A DNA stretch of 61,564 nt, counting the filler, from Piptocephalis cylindrospora (taxonomy: Eukaryota), in the NCBI GenBank assembly GCA_003614145.1. It is 9 parts of 9 records of this genome, joined end to end, with 100 filler letters (N's around TTAATTAATTAA, not from the genome) between each part and the next. Parts side by side here need not be neighbours in the genome. Positions count along the whole stretch, not along the records: positions 20,626 to 27,375 come from KZ988257.1; positions 27,476 to 34,217 come from KZ988258.1; positions 34,318 to 41,058 come from KZ988259.1; 6 more parts are not named here. One strand, written 5' to 3'. The translations under genes and the position numbers were made by a program. This document shows, piece by piece, positions 24,501 to 37,021 of the stretch. Each line of letters starts with the position of its first letter. Position 1 is the first letter of the stretch. The notes beneath the pieces were generated by a model. That model worked only from the letters and a program-made list of their open reading frames with translations, was not told where the DNA came from and made no database searches.

Positions 24501-26983
24501 TGGGAAGGCATCGGATAGCTCAGGAGCGAGGTGCTGCCCTGCGCATCCAACGGGCATGGAGAGGATGGCGAGTTCGAAGGGACTTGGCTCGATGGAAGTC
24601 CGCAGCAATTCAAATACAGCGAGTATGGAGGGGATGGAGGGTGCGAAGAGACTTGGAGAAGCAAGAAAATGCTGCCCGACAGATTCAGCGCGTATGGAAG
24701 GGCATGCGGGATAGGCGGGGGTACCGGGCCCGTTTATCTCAGATCATCCGTTGCCAGGCCATTGCACGAGGCTGGGTGGTCCGATATGCCCTAGGTGTGG
24801 CATGGGATGCGGCCGTGCGAATCCAGGGAGCTTGGAGGTGGTATTGTCTAGAAGAGCGATGTAGATACCGACGGTGGGTTAAAGAAGAGAAGGCTGCCAC
24901 TATCATTCAAGCAACTTACCGTGGACGCATGGTGCGTCTAGCCTACAAGGAACATCTCATGCTCCGGGAAGAAGCTGCTCGCGTTATCCAAGCGGCTTGG
25001 CGGGGATATCAGGTGAGGAGGGAGGGCCGATCTTGGACTTTGGCAGCTATATGCATCCAAAGGCATTGGAGAGGCTGGACAGCACGTATAACCTATCTCC
25101 AAACCCGGGAGGCTGTGAGAATTGTGGAGGAGAGGTGGATGGCCAAATGTGAGGGAGAGGCCCTGAGATACTCCTTGTATCAGCTTAACTCTGCCGCCTT
25201 GAAAATACAGCGCCAGTGGAGGGCTAGACAGGTGGGTCGGTGGGTAAGAACGGGGTACCAGGGATTACTGGAGTCCACCGTCAAGATCCAGGCGGCCTTT
25301 AGGGGGTGGGCAGCACGAAAGGCCTATTGGGAGATGCATGATGCAACCCTGATCCTGCAACGGCAATGGCGAGCCCGAGCCGAGGGAATATGGGTGCGTG
25401 AGGCTTATCAGGAGCTGAGGGAGGCCACGATCCTATTACAGGCTTATACCCGTGGATGGATAGTGAGACAAAGGGTCTGGGATGCTCACTTTGCCGCCCA
25501 GGCCATCCAGGCGGCATTTCGGGGCTGGAGGACCCGGAGGTATCTTCAAGAGCTTGAGGGAGCTACTCTTATCCTCCAGCAGCTCTGGAGAGCAAGAGCT
25601 CGAGGGAGGTGGGTTCAGGGGGCGTATGCCGAGCTACGAGGAGCCACTGTATGCATCCAGGCACATGTCCGAGGTTGGAGGGTGAGACGGAGAGTGAAGG
25701 AGGCTCATGATGCGGCGCAGATCATTCAAACAACCTATCGACGCTGGAGAATTCAGCACATGTATCAAGAGCTCCACCAGGCTACCCTGACCCTTCAGAG
25801 GGCGTGGAGAGGAAGAAAGGTGATTCAAGAGCACCTACGGGAATGGAGAGATGTTCAAGTGGCAACAGGAGTGATCCAGCGTTGGTGGAGATCTCGAATG
25901 CTTTGTCGAATCCTGGCGTGGAGGATATCAATACGGAGACAGGTACGGCTCGAAGAAGAAGCATCTGTGAGGATACAGGCCATCTGGAAAGGGTGGAGGC
26001 AACGAAAGCACTATCACAGAATTCGTCGTGCCGCTACAAACATCTCTTTATGGTACCGACATAAGAGAGACCGCAGGAGGTACGACCGACTACGACAGGC
26101 CACCCTCCTCATTCAACGGGCTCGTCGGATCCAACTAGCTGAAAGGAGGAGGGAAAGGGAAAGGGCTGCATGGATCATCCAGAGATGGTGGCGTGTGGCG
26201 CACGGCCAATATGAGGATCGAGTGAAGGAGGAGGAAGCGGTACGAAGAATTCAGGCGGCATGGAAAGGATATCGAGTACGAATGGAGACATCCCGTCGGG
26301 TGGGTGAAGCCCTTGCACGGATCAGGCAGGTGACTGAGGGAGCCAAGGAAGAGATGCGTCTGGGGAACCGAACGTCCACGGCCTTACGGATCCTGCTGGG
26401 AGGATCGAGGATGTCGGATATCCTGGGAGCGTGTGTGCACCTGGAGGTAGTAACGCGGCTCTCCAGGGAGTGCCGATTACAGCTCCTGCATCATCAGGCA
26501 ATTGAGGTATTGTACGAGGTTCTCAGCGGGTGTAATCGTAGTATGCCTCACCAAGCGGTCATGCGGCATGGCCTCGCCTCCCTTTACCATCTGTCCTTGG
26601 ATGATGTGACAGCACCCTATGTACTAGGAAGCCCATCTTCCCATGTCCATTTGGGGATGGAAGGAGGGGGCAAGGTCAAGGGAGTGGATGTGCTCCTAGA
26701 GCTTCTTCAAAGGTATCGGGAAGCCTTGGATGTTTTAGGAAAGATATCATTGATCCTGCATCAACTGGTCGTAACGCGTGGTCTTATCCAGCCACTTCGT
26801 CGGACGCCCAATGCGGTTCGGCGGCTTCGAAGCATCATCCATCTAGTCTCCCGACAAGTGGCCATGGATGAGCGATCTCATCGAGCCCTAACTCAGGTGC
26901 AGGCTCGAGCCCTGCAGGAACGGCGAGTGATCATTGGACACCTCTCTGCCGTGGCTAGTGCAGGGGAGAGGAAGAGGATCTAA
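21578..26983 (+). CDS. ASPM: Abnormal spindle-like (Asp/ASPM) homolog: CH domains, IQ array, C-terminal ARM/HEAT-like region
   Basis: CH motifs DLGKDLQDGVGLLALI and NFTMSFADGSVLCLLIAHYRPDLI; about 28 IQ-like motifs; C-terminal RLGNRTSTALRILL..LEVVTRLSRECR..CNRSMPH. Multi-exon 5' part; start codon tentative. Confidence 0.88.
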
Positions 26984-27375
26984 GGACAAGATTGAGGATA
27001 TGAATATTGTATGCATAGAAGGCTGTGTCAAAACAGGGAAAAGCAGCTATGTCTGATTGATCTTATTTAACGAAAGGCCTGGTGATAGAACTTTTGTCAT
27101 GCTAGTCATCCTCCCAACAACACAGAGACAGTAGCATAATATTGGGGTTTGACCGCCATTCCCAGGTCCTAGAAAAGTTAATGTGCATTGATAATGAGGG
27201 AGATCCAACCTCTTTCCTTTCTTTGTCCCTATCCCGACTCATGCCCCTATCCCCATTCCTCTATTCCTTTATCCCCCAGTCTGTCAATTCCTCTCCTCCA
27301 CTCATAGATAAGAATGGTACTCTGCACAGTGAACCATGGGCATGGCCATGGCAGCTTCGTACTTTGCTTCATCCT

Positions 27376-27475
27376 NNNNNNNNNNNNNNNNNNNNNNNNN
27401 NNNNNNNNNNNNNNNNNNNTTAATTAATTAANNNNNNNNNNNNNNNNNNNNNNNNNNNNNNNNNNNNNNNNNNNN
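27376..27475. other. Artificial contig linker
   Basis: N44-TTAATTAATTAA-N44. Confidence 0.98.
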
Positions 27476-28365
27476 GCCCGAGAAACATCAGGATACCTCC
27501 TTGGAGGTTAGGTCGACCCCAGAAGGTCACTCGGAGAGGGCTCCCAGGGACATCTTTGCTCCCTCAGAGCACCGAGGGAAGAGAAAGCGCCTTCGGCAAG
27601 GAGAAGAGGCCATCCCAGTGCCTACCCTAGCTTCATCGACAGGCGCAGCCAAGGCCCCCAACACAACTCTAAAGATGGAGGGGTTGGAGGGAAGGGTGAG
27701 AGGGATAATGGAGGGGATGGCAAGCCTGAAAGGCATGTCAGGAGACATGCTGCAAGTGGTGAAGGCAGTGGCGGTGGTGGTACTCAAGGCCACCGAGATG
27801 ACCAAGGAACCACCAGCCATGGGGGTTGGAAGTCAGAATTGGGGATCGGGGGAATTTAGGGGGGTGCAAGCGCCCGTGTCCCTACCCGCCCTACCCACCA
27901 GCAAGAAAGGGAGCCTGCCCAAAGGAAAGCCTAAGCCCAAGGCACTCCCGAAAGAAGAGTTCCCTAAAAAGGACAAGTGGACCACAGTGGCCACCAAGGC
28001 ATCGATGGTCCAGAGAGTGGCATGGTCCACCCCCCAGCCTCCCCAAGATATCAAGAAGCGCCTCTCCATGATGACGCAAGAGAAGGCATGGGAGATCCTA
28101 GAGGGTCGAGGAAGGCACCAAAGAGGGATCAAGAGAAGGAACAAGGCAATGGATGGGTACAAACTAGTCTATTTCACACCCAATATCCACGAGCCGTACT
28201 CTGTCATGAGGTTCATGATGGGGAGGGAAGGAGTCCGGATGGACGAGGTGGCTTGGCTTTCCTACCTCGGGAACAAGCTCGAGGTGGCCATCTCCAAGGA
28301 TTACGAGAAGGCCCTAGTAGAGAGGATGGGAAAGAGGCGGAAGCATCACCCAGGATCTTACCCTT
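27476..28365 (+). mobile_element. Possible non-LTR retrotransposon ORF1-like fragment (truncated)
   Basis: Intronless, purine-rich, basic ORF with coiled-coil, KWTTVA and RRM-like segments (YKLVYF..MRFMMGREGVRMDEVAWLSYLGNKLEVAISKDYEKAL), reminiscent of fungal LINE ORF1 proteins. Composition changes abruptly near 28365. No RT is visible. Confidence 0.4.
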
Positions 28366-28795
28366 ATGAGATTTTGCCATTCCTTTTCAATCTTTCTGAA
28401 TGTATTAGTATCGTCTCTGACAAGTCGCTAATGTCATCTCTAGATTCAGATAGATGACGTAGTAGGATGGTAGTATGTGCGTGTAAAGGAATTGTGATGC
28501 TGTACAACAATAGGGACCAGAAATTCATCATCATCCATGGTGGGAGATGATCTTTCGAGAGCAACTTTGATGGGGGACACGTAAACTCTTTCTCGTGAGT
28601 ATATGACGTACGTTAGGCCAGCATTGAGCACAAAGTTGCTGGTATGGATAGATTGGAGAATCATTAGCCACATACCCTGCACAAATCATCGGTCGGGTCA
28701 AACTATAAACATACTCGGATCTCCCCATGCTGGGATGTGTGCTGGTTTACATCAGTATCATCCTTTCTCCTTCTCCTCAAAAGCACGAAACCTAT

Positions 28796-29827
28796 ATGAA
28801 GCCGAGTGTATCCAAAGTTCTTCAGCTGATCCCACCTCTGAGCCCTACCCTGCACAAAGGCCAAGCAGGTCGAGTGGGAGTATTGGGCGGGTCGGTGGAT
28901 TATTCGGGCGCGCCATACTATAGCGCCATGTCAGCGATGAAGTTAGGGGCGGACTTGGCGTTTGTGGTTAGTGATGCCCGGGCAGCCGGGACAATCCAAG
29001 GGTACTCACCGGACTTGATTGTACTGCCGTATCTGCACCCGAACGAGGGAAGCCTGGAGGAGGATGTCAAGGCCGTGGAAGGCCTGTTCCCACGGATTCA
29101 TTCGCTTGTGGTAGGTCCTGGATTATCTCGGAATGCCGAATTATTGGATCGGGCAGCCGAGGCAATCAAGGGAGCCCGGGATCGGGACATGCCAGTGGTG
29201 ATTGATGCGGTAAGAGGACGGGGGGTCTTATTTCTCTTTTAACTATTCCTCTAATGACGATGACGCTGCTAGGATGGACTCTATCTGATTCAGAAACGAC
29301 CTGAACTGGTCAAAGGAAACAAAAGGGCAGTCTTGACCCCCAATGTGATGGAGTTTAAGCGACTGTGCGAGGCGATGGGGGTGGATGGTCAGGGGAAGGA
29401 CGGGGAGGATGAGTGGGGGACAGCGCGTCGCCTAAGCCAAGCCTTTGGGGGGGTGACGATCGTGCAAAAGGGGCCGTCTGATTTGATTTGCAACGAGAAC
29501 CATAGTTTCCGGGCGGATAATGAAGGGGGGTTGAAGCGGTGTGGGGGTCAAGGGGACGTTCTTTCTGGGATACTGGGCGCGACGCTTGCATGGGGCCATC
29601 ACTGCATGCCGAGCATTCGGAAAGAAGCCAAGGAGGGGGGGAAGGAGCTCCCAGGATTGCCACTTTCCCCTGAGGAAGTGACGCCAATGGCGGCATACCT
29701 GTCGTGCACGCTGGTGCGAGAATGCTCCCGACGGGCCTTTTCGCAGCATGGGCGATCGATGCAGACGTCAGATATGCTTGAGCACATTGGAGAATCGCTT
29801 GTGAGGATGGAACAGTCCAAGCTGTAG
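28796..29827 (+). CDS. NNR2: ATP-dependent NAD(P)HX dehydratase (YjeF-C/CARKD) with C-terminal SKL
   Basis: HKGQAGRVGVLGGSVDYSGAPYY, VVGPGLSR, VVIDADGL, LTPNVMEFKRL, KRCGGQGDVLSG. Exons 28796-29209 and 29273-29827. Confidence 0.95.
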
Positions 29828-30214
29828 GCTGGAAGCCGTATGTGGTGATGGCGGTCGCTGTGTGTAGCGGTGTTTATGGGAAGAGATGCAGAATGACTCG
29901 CTTGCAGGGTACAATGGGATGAGGGTTTATCAATGCTCTTTTTATTTGCGTGGATCCGTGTCATGGGGACGATGCTGTATTTGCTCTTTCTTTGCTGCTT
30001 TTTTGATGTGTAGAATGATGCATGGGTAGAGCGACAACTTTTCCTATAATTCAGTCTCATTTGGTGATTTGAACAGTGCTTGGGCGGGATTTAGATCCGG
30101 ACAGGTCAGTCTGCAGCACAGGGACCATCCTATGGGACACCCGGATATACTTTCCCACCACGAGGGAGTCTTGCTCTCTTTTCTCTACTGCTTTTCACGC
30201 TTTGATCACTTCCC

Positions 30215-31382
30215 ATGTCCCTTGCTCGTTCCGCCCTACCTCGACTCTCTTCTGCTTGGACGCCTGGACGGCTAGGCAGTGTCACTGCTGACCTCGGGCC
30301 ACGGCCGCATGAGTGGACCAGTAGGGCCAGGGTGCATGGAGGGTCGAGACCGCCTCTGTCGCGAGTGTCACTGGTATCGACGGTTCACAAGGCCCCCACC
30401 TCGGACCTCCCGTCGGTGCACCCTCCTATTGTGGTGCTTCATGGGCTGTTTGGCTCGAAGCAGAATTGGAGGTCGTTATCGCGGGCACTGACGGGACAGA
30501 CGTTTGTAGATGTGCACGCGCTAGACCTACGAAACCATGGGGAGTCACCGCAGGATAGTCAGATGGATTATACGGTGATGGCGGAGGATGTAGCGGGGTA
30601 TCTGGAGGAACAGGGGATTGGGCGGGCATTTATCCTAGGGCACTCGATGGGGGCCAAGGTGGCGATGACCCTGGCTCTACATCCGGATGCGGAGGTGGCT
30701 CGACGGGTCCAAGGCCTAGTGGCGGTGGACATGGCGCCTCGACGGGCACCGCTTTCACTGGACTTTCAAACGTACCTTCGGGCGATGCAGCGGATCAATG
30801 AGGCACGGCCTCACAAGTCCAGCCAGGCGGATGCCCTTCTTTCCCCGGATGTACCTGTAGGTGTGATGGGGGGGACGGAGGGAGAGGATAGTGTTGTGAC
30901 TGAAAACGTGCTTTATCCCATAGGATGTGGGGGTGCGTCAATTCCTCCTGACCAACTGTAAGCGATCGGCGCCTACAGAGCCGTACACGTTCCGATTGCC
31001 GCTGGCTTATCTGGAAAAGGCGCTGCCCAATCTCTCGGACTTTCCCCCATCCCATTCTCCTCATCCGCCCGTGTACCATGGCCCATCCCTGTTTGTCCGA
31101 GGTTCTCGATCCAGTTATCTTGGGGATGAGGACACATTGGGGATCCAGACGTATTTTCCCAAAGCGGTGTTTTCCACCCTGGATGCGGGTCACTGGGGTT
31201 AGTGGGGAGGGGGTCCAGGGGGGATGCATCCACCTCCTCCCTTCCTTCCAACTCACCTCCTTTTTCCTTTAGTCCATGCTGAGAAGCCCACGGAATTCCT
31301 CGAGGCCGTATCCACCTTTTACAATGATGTGACCTCTGCTCTTCCTAGCACCCTTGGTGAGGAGGACACTATGCGGGGATGA
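30215..31382 (+). CDS. ABHD11: Alpha/beta hydrolase, ABHD11/YbfF-like, mitochondrial
   Basis: LHGLFGSKQNW, DLRNHGES, GHSMG nucleophile motif, DAGHWVHAEKP. Exons 30215-30856, 30924-31197, 31273-31382. Confidence 0.9.
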
Positions 31383-33539
31383 TGTCCTCTGTGTGTGTGT
31401 CATGTTGAAGGGGGGGGGATGTGAGATAGGGGACCACCCTTGATGGCGCTGGATGAGGCTAGAAAGTATGGAAATCATCACTGCATGGATGTCTGGATGG
31501 GATGGACCATAGTATCCCTCGTCTCACAGAATGAATAGTTCAATCGAGTATTACTTTTTTCCTTTTTAAAAGACCATTCATTTTACTTGCAATGGCATGT
31601 CCTTTCTCGCTAATAATATTTTTCAATTGTCATCGCCCGGCGGATTGATTTCATGCGCTGTTGAAGAGCAGATGTATATTTTCCCCTGCAGCAACCGCTA
31701 CTACTGCTACTATTACTAACTACTACTACTGATTGACATGTCCTCCATCCTTCCTTGTATTGAATCCTCCCTTTTCTCCTACCGAAATAGCCTGCTGATA
31801 CATGTCTGTAAAAGCGCCTCAAACCTAGATCCTTCTATGGCACACGGATACATTAGACTCTTGGGAGGAGGAGGAGGAGGGCAGGACCATCGAAATAACA
31901 GTCGGGTTGCACGGAAGAGTGGATCCATATCGACCCAATGCCCACGTCTCCGTCCCCCACACACAGGTAGGAGGGGGTGGGGAAACGGCCATCTGTGTCT
32001 CGTATGCAAAGGGCAAAAACCGAGCAGGACCGCCCGGTCTCCTCCTCAGGGCTGGGGAAGGGAGTGCCGGGGATACTCTCTTACCGTGATTTCCAGGGTC
32101 AGTCAGGTGAAATCAGACTCGTCCACGTGTACACTCACGGTGGCTTTGAAAGAGAGAGGGGAGCAAGGGCTTTTCCCCACTGGTTTATCTCCCCATGAGT
32201 GGGGGGCTGGGTTTAAGCTGCATCGGGGTAAAAGGGCAGAGGTGGCGAGGAGCAGTGGCGACGGAGTAGTGGAGGTAGTGAGATCCAATAAGGCTTGGAG
32301 TGGCGGGACTTGCCCGTCTCAGCGTGTGTCAGTCGTCGGATGGACGATTAGACAGCAAGACGCATCGGGAGGAGGTGTGGGAGAGGAGGGAAGAGGGTGG
32401 GGAGGAGATTTAGCAGATGTCGCGACATATGGACGGAGAGATGAAGGCAGAAGTGTTGCGGACACACACACACACAGAGAGAGAGGACGCGTACATTGAC
32501 CTTGGCATTCTCTCTCTTCTCTGCACTCTCTCCGTTCTCTTCCTATCTGGCCTGTCGCCGCACACTGTGTGTATCATAGACCGGACCATTTTCAATACTG
32601 AGAGTCAAAGGGCATGGGTGGGGGGCACTATTGACAGTAGGATGATTCACTTGACTTGGTTCGCATTGTTGTTACTGCTAAATAATCTCTTCATAGACAC
32701 ACACACACACACACACTTCAAAACGAACATTCCCCCGCTTTTACATATCCGCTCTCCCACCCTCCTTTTCCCACACAGCCTCATCCTGACCAATCAACCT
32801 AATACGGAAAAGGGCAGCCCTCTCTCAATCATCCGCTCCTCCTCTTTCCACCCTCATAGACGGGGTGGCAGTACGAACACTAGTGTGACTGGGGGAATTG
32901 GTCCGGTCAAACGGTGGTGGTGTGCCCTCCTAGACAGTCTCTTCTAGTCGTTGTAGCACACCATCCCGCGCCAGCACAATACTCTCTCGCCATCACGAGT
33001 TCCTTTCTCTCCCTAAAATGGATGCAGGACAGCACACACACACCCACACACACACACACATACATCTATTCCCTTATCCCGAACAGCAAGCAGGACCACC
33101 ATCTCTCCCCAGACTATGGAGATCTTGCCCAACCCATCTTCCCCACTCAACGTCCCAGGACAAGTTCATCTGACAAAGGGCCATTGGCCGAGCTAGGCCA
33201 AGAGTGCATAGTTGTGTGTATGTGTGTGTATATGTGTATTGTGTCCTCATACCTTTTAGAGATACCCCCGCACCCCTGGCAAGTCGCACCCTTCTCCTTT
33301 CTAGTGTCCCCGAGAGATCTGGGCGCGCGTCCCAAGGACTGTAACAGAAACCCATCCAACCCGCCCACCCCGGACATCATCTCCATGATCTTGCCCAGCA
33401 GCCAAATTGTCCCTCGCTCCTGAGAAGGGCACAGGGTAGGGGAATGAGGGAGGGCTGGAGATGGCGGGCATTATTCCTCCCCCCTCCCCCCCTCCACTCA
33501 CCGCACCCCACTCCCCGTAACTTCCGACCCTGGAAAAGC

Positions 33540-33547
33540 TATAAATA
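33540..33547 (+). promoter_or_regulatory. TATA box of PUT2
   Basis: TATAAATA about 110 nt upstream of ATG33653, followed by a CT-rich tract. Confidence 0.5.
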
Positions 33548-33652
33548 CGCGTCGTCTTCCTCCACCCCCACCTTTCCATCTCTCTCCCTGTCTATCCCAT
33601 CCATCCCCTATATTGATCTTGCACCTCCCCTCCCCTTTCACATTCTATCACA

Positions 33653-34217
33653 ATGCAAACCCCTCAGCTTGCCACCTTTAAGCTCCCCGCTGTCCGCAAT
33701 GAGCCCATGGTAAGTGAACGTGATCAGCCTTTCTCTCTCTTTCTTTCTTTCTCTCTCCTATCCCCCATCCCTTTGCTCACCTTCCCCCTCCCCCTCTCTA
33801 GTACAACTATGCTCCTGGAAGCGAGGAGAGACAAAAGCTTCGCGCTGCCGTCGACCGTATGTACAGCGCCGCCCCCTTCCAAGTCCCCATCGTGATCAAC
33901 GGCAAGGAGCTCCATCCCTCCGAGGGAAAGAAGCTCGAGAGCCAGCCCATGCCTAGCGAGCACAAGAAGCTCCTCTGCAAGTACGAGACCGCCGATGCCA
34001 CCCTCACCAAGAAGGCCATCGAGGGCTCCCTCGCCGCCCGTGACGCATGGGAGGCCATGCCCTTCAACGACCGTGCCGCCATCTTCCTCAAGGCCGCTGA
34101 CCTCATCGCCACCAAGTACCGGTACGAGCTCATGGCCGCCACCATGCTTGGTCAGGGCAAGAACCCCTGGCAGGCCGAGATTGACGCCGCCGCCGCACTC
34201 GCTGATTTCCTCCTCTT
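33653..34217 (+). CDS. PUT2: Delta-1-pyrroline-5-carboxylate dehydrogenase (ALDH4), 3' partial
   Basis: FKLPAVRNEPM|YNYAPGSEER..DRAAIFLKAADLI..YRYELMAATMLGQGKNPWQAEIDAA. Intron 33710-33801. Confidence 0.95.
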
Positions 34218-34317
34218 NNNNNNNNNNNNNNNNNNNNNNNNNNNNNNNNNNNNNNNNNNNNTTAATTAATTAANNNNNNNNNNNNNNNNNNNNNNNNNNN
34301 NNNNNNNNNNNNNNNNN
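34218..34317. other. Artificial contig linker
   Basis: N44-TTAATTAATTAA-N44. Confidence 0.98.
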
Positions 34318-34606
34318 CGGCATCCTCCTTACCGGTGATCAGCTGCTCGGGGTGGTAGAGCTGACGGTAGTCACCAGTGCGGACCTCGTCGACGACTGAG
34401 GGTTCCAGATCGACAAAGACGGTACGGGGCACGTGCTTACCAGCGCCGGTTTCGGAGAAGAAGGTAGAGAAGGAGTCATCGCTCTGGGCATTGGCATCCA
34501 TGGTGCCGTCGGGGGAGATGCCGTGCTCGAGGCAGTAAAGCTCCCAGCAGGAGTTACCGATCTGGACACCAGCCTGACCAATGTGGACGGAAATGCACTC
34601 ACGCAT
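34318..34606 (-). CDS. TUB1: Alpha-tubulin, 3' partial
   Basis: [58 protein letters not shown]. Confidence 0.98.
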
Positions 34607-35638
34607 GATAATAAAGGTTCACAAGTGAGAGGGGATTTACGGTGAGGAGGAAAGAGGAGGGAGGGAGGAGAAGGGAAGGGAGACAGTGGCAAAAGAGACA
34701 AGGTGCACAAGAGGAAAGAGAGGGTAAGGGAAGAGGGAGAGGAGTGGGATGTGGAGCGGATGAGATGGGAGTGGCGGCGCTTTAAATACTAGATCTGGGA
34801 GGTGAGATGGGATAAGGTGGAAAGGACCACGGGACTTTTCCCCAGTGGCAGGGCCAGAGAACCTGGGGCAACACATCTTTTTTGCCTTCCATTCAGAGGG
34901 GAAACGCGCAGATGTGTCTTTATCTGACTGTGTCTATATCTGTGCCTGTGTGTGAAGGGATATGATCGGAGTTGGTGACTTTTTCCCCCTCCGTTCATCA
35001 TTTTAGCTGGGATCATTGGTGCGATGGTGAGCACTATAGAGCGTGGACGGGGATGATGTTTGCTGACCAAGGACTTTGGAAGGAATGTGGGTGGCGCATG
35101 GAGGTGGTTTGGGAGGGGGAAGAAAAGGGAGGGAAGGCAAGGGTACTCACATCTACATACCTACACAGGACGGAAGAATGGCATAGCAATGTATTATGGC
35201 GGTAAGGGGGTTCAAGTCAAGGTCAAAGATGGAGGTACAGAAGAGTTCATTGATATTGTACGTTTAAATGAGTAGTTCAAATTAGCGAGTGAGTTAAGTT
35301 GAGATGGCTGGGTCACCATCGCAGATCACCTGGAACAGGAGTAGCGTACCATTTGGCTACCTGAAGTGATACGCAGTCGACCAAGATGGGGCTAGAATCG
35401 AATCTAATACATATGATGAGAGAAGCGAACTGTAAGGCGGCATGGACAGCCGCCTCTTAGTGTACATAGATGAAAAACATGGATCTACTTCTCAAGCAAC
35501 CATACACACTTTATTTCCATGAGAATTGCCCTTTCCAAAACCAACACACATAGAGACAGAGTCGAAAGGCCCTGAATCATCCTCCCCCCTCTATCCCATC
35601 TAATCATCCACATTCATCAACATCTCTGCTACAAAATG

Positions 35639-37021
35639 TCAAGGCTGGGAGGAAGCATTGGCCTCCCGATCTTTCCAAGCACCCCGAATTTTTTGGACAT
35701 TTCCCTTGAGCTAAATGCAGGAATTAGTTGCATTCTATACATCACAATCCAATCCTCCCCCCCTCCCCCCAGATCTTACTGTATCTTCGGTAATGTTGTC
35801 CTCGATACTCTCCTTGACTGATTGGGCGACGGTAATATGATTGGCCTTTTCCTTATCATCTCTAAAACGCATAAATGCCCATCGATTGTCAGCCAGGTAG
35901 GATGCCTCAACAATCCTTCCTTCATAGGGGACCCCTGCCTCTGTCCATCTGATTCGAGTATAGGATATTGATGAGTGTAATGACTCCATCTAACCGGTTC
36001 CAGCTAGCATCACCTACTCTTGGACCAAAGTAGGCGTATTCTCTAGGATACCCCAAGGTTGATGATCGTCATCTTTTATCCAGATATTCAACGCTCCTAC
36101 TAAGTCACCCTCCATCTCTCCAGACCCTCTTCCTCCCTCCTCAGATCCTCCCTCTCCGGGCCCCCCCTCTCCGCCTACATTATAGACATGAAGACGAAAA
36201 TCTACAGAATTTTCATCTGCGGGCTTCCACTTGAGCCTTTCATGAGAAAGAGAGATGGTTTTAGTATTTATCACGCTCCATGTCATTCTCCCCTTAACAT
36301 ACATGTCTCGGGTGGACCCTATCTTGTAGGGGGCATTGGCTCGAGAAAAGATAAGACCATCGCTCTTGTGCTTCTGTCTCGCCGGATCCAAGCTCTCCTC
36401 AAGGACAATGCCAAGACCATAGGATCGTTGCATGGGCTTACACACCACTTCAAAGGGCTCCCGGGCCCGCATGGCTGCAGACTCGGGGGTCCGTCTCCAC
36501 CGCCTGACCCAATCCAGGAGATCCTGTTGGAGTGCTCCGTACCGTTTGGTCAAGGGCTTTTCCAGGACACTGTCCCCCCAGATGAGAAGGGCATCAAAGG
36601 CATAGTACCGTAGGATAGGTCGTCCGGTCTGGGGATCGAGGTCAGTAACCAGCTCCCCATCGATCATATTAGCTCCGAATCGCCTATCTGCCGGGATGTG
36701 CCCGGGCTGAGGAAAATAGACCGTTTCCACCTGATAGTAGCTATTGTTCCGGTCCACCAGAAAGGTGGAGAGCTGTCCGGCTTCCGCAGCATACACGGAG
36801 AGGAGGAGAACACGGAGGCCATCCGTCTTCTCACATACCCAGTAATCCTGCTCCTCTAGGGCCTGGATACCCTGTCGACCAAAGCTCACGGGCTGCGAGC
36901 CCGGGAAACGAGGGTAGGAGCCTTTGAGCCCCAAACGATTATGAACCTGCCCTCTCAGGACCTCCTCAAGTTGTGGGTTGATCCTGTGTCCTGGGATGGC
37001 TGGGGGCTCTGGGAACTTCAT
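35639..37021 (-). CDS. CEG1: mRNA capping enzyme guanylyltransferase
   Basis: FPGSQPVSF, then motif I EKTDG, III IDGELV, IIIa YYAFDAL, IV SDGLIF, V LKWKP and VI RFRDDK. Multi-exon; last exon LKGNVQKIRGAWKDRE..*. Start codon tentative. Confidence 0.93.

Noticed and set aside
31600..33450. ORFs of 150-250 aa upstream of PUT2
   Set aside because: Low-complexity sequence with (CA)n microsatellites and no family motifs; likely intergenic.
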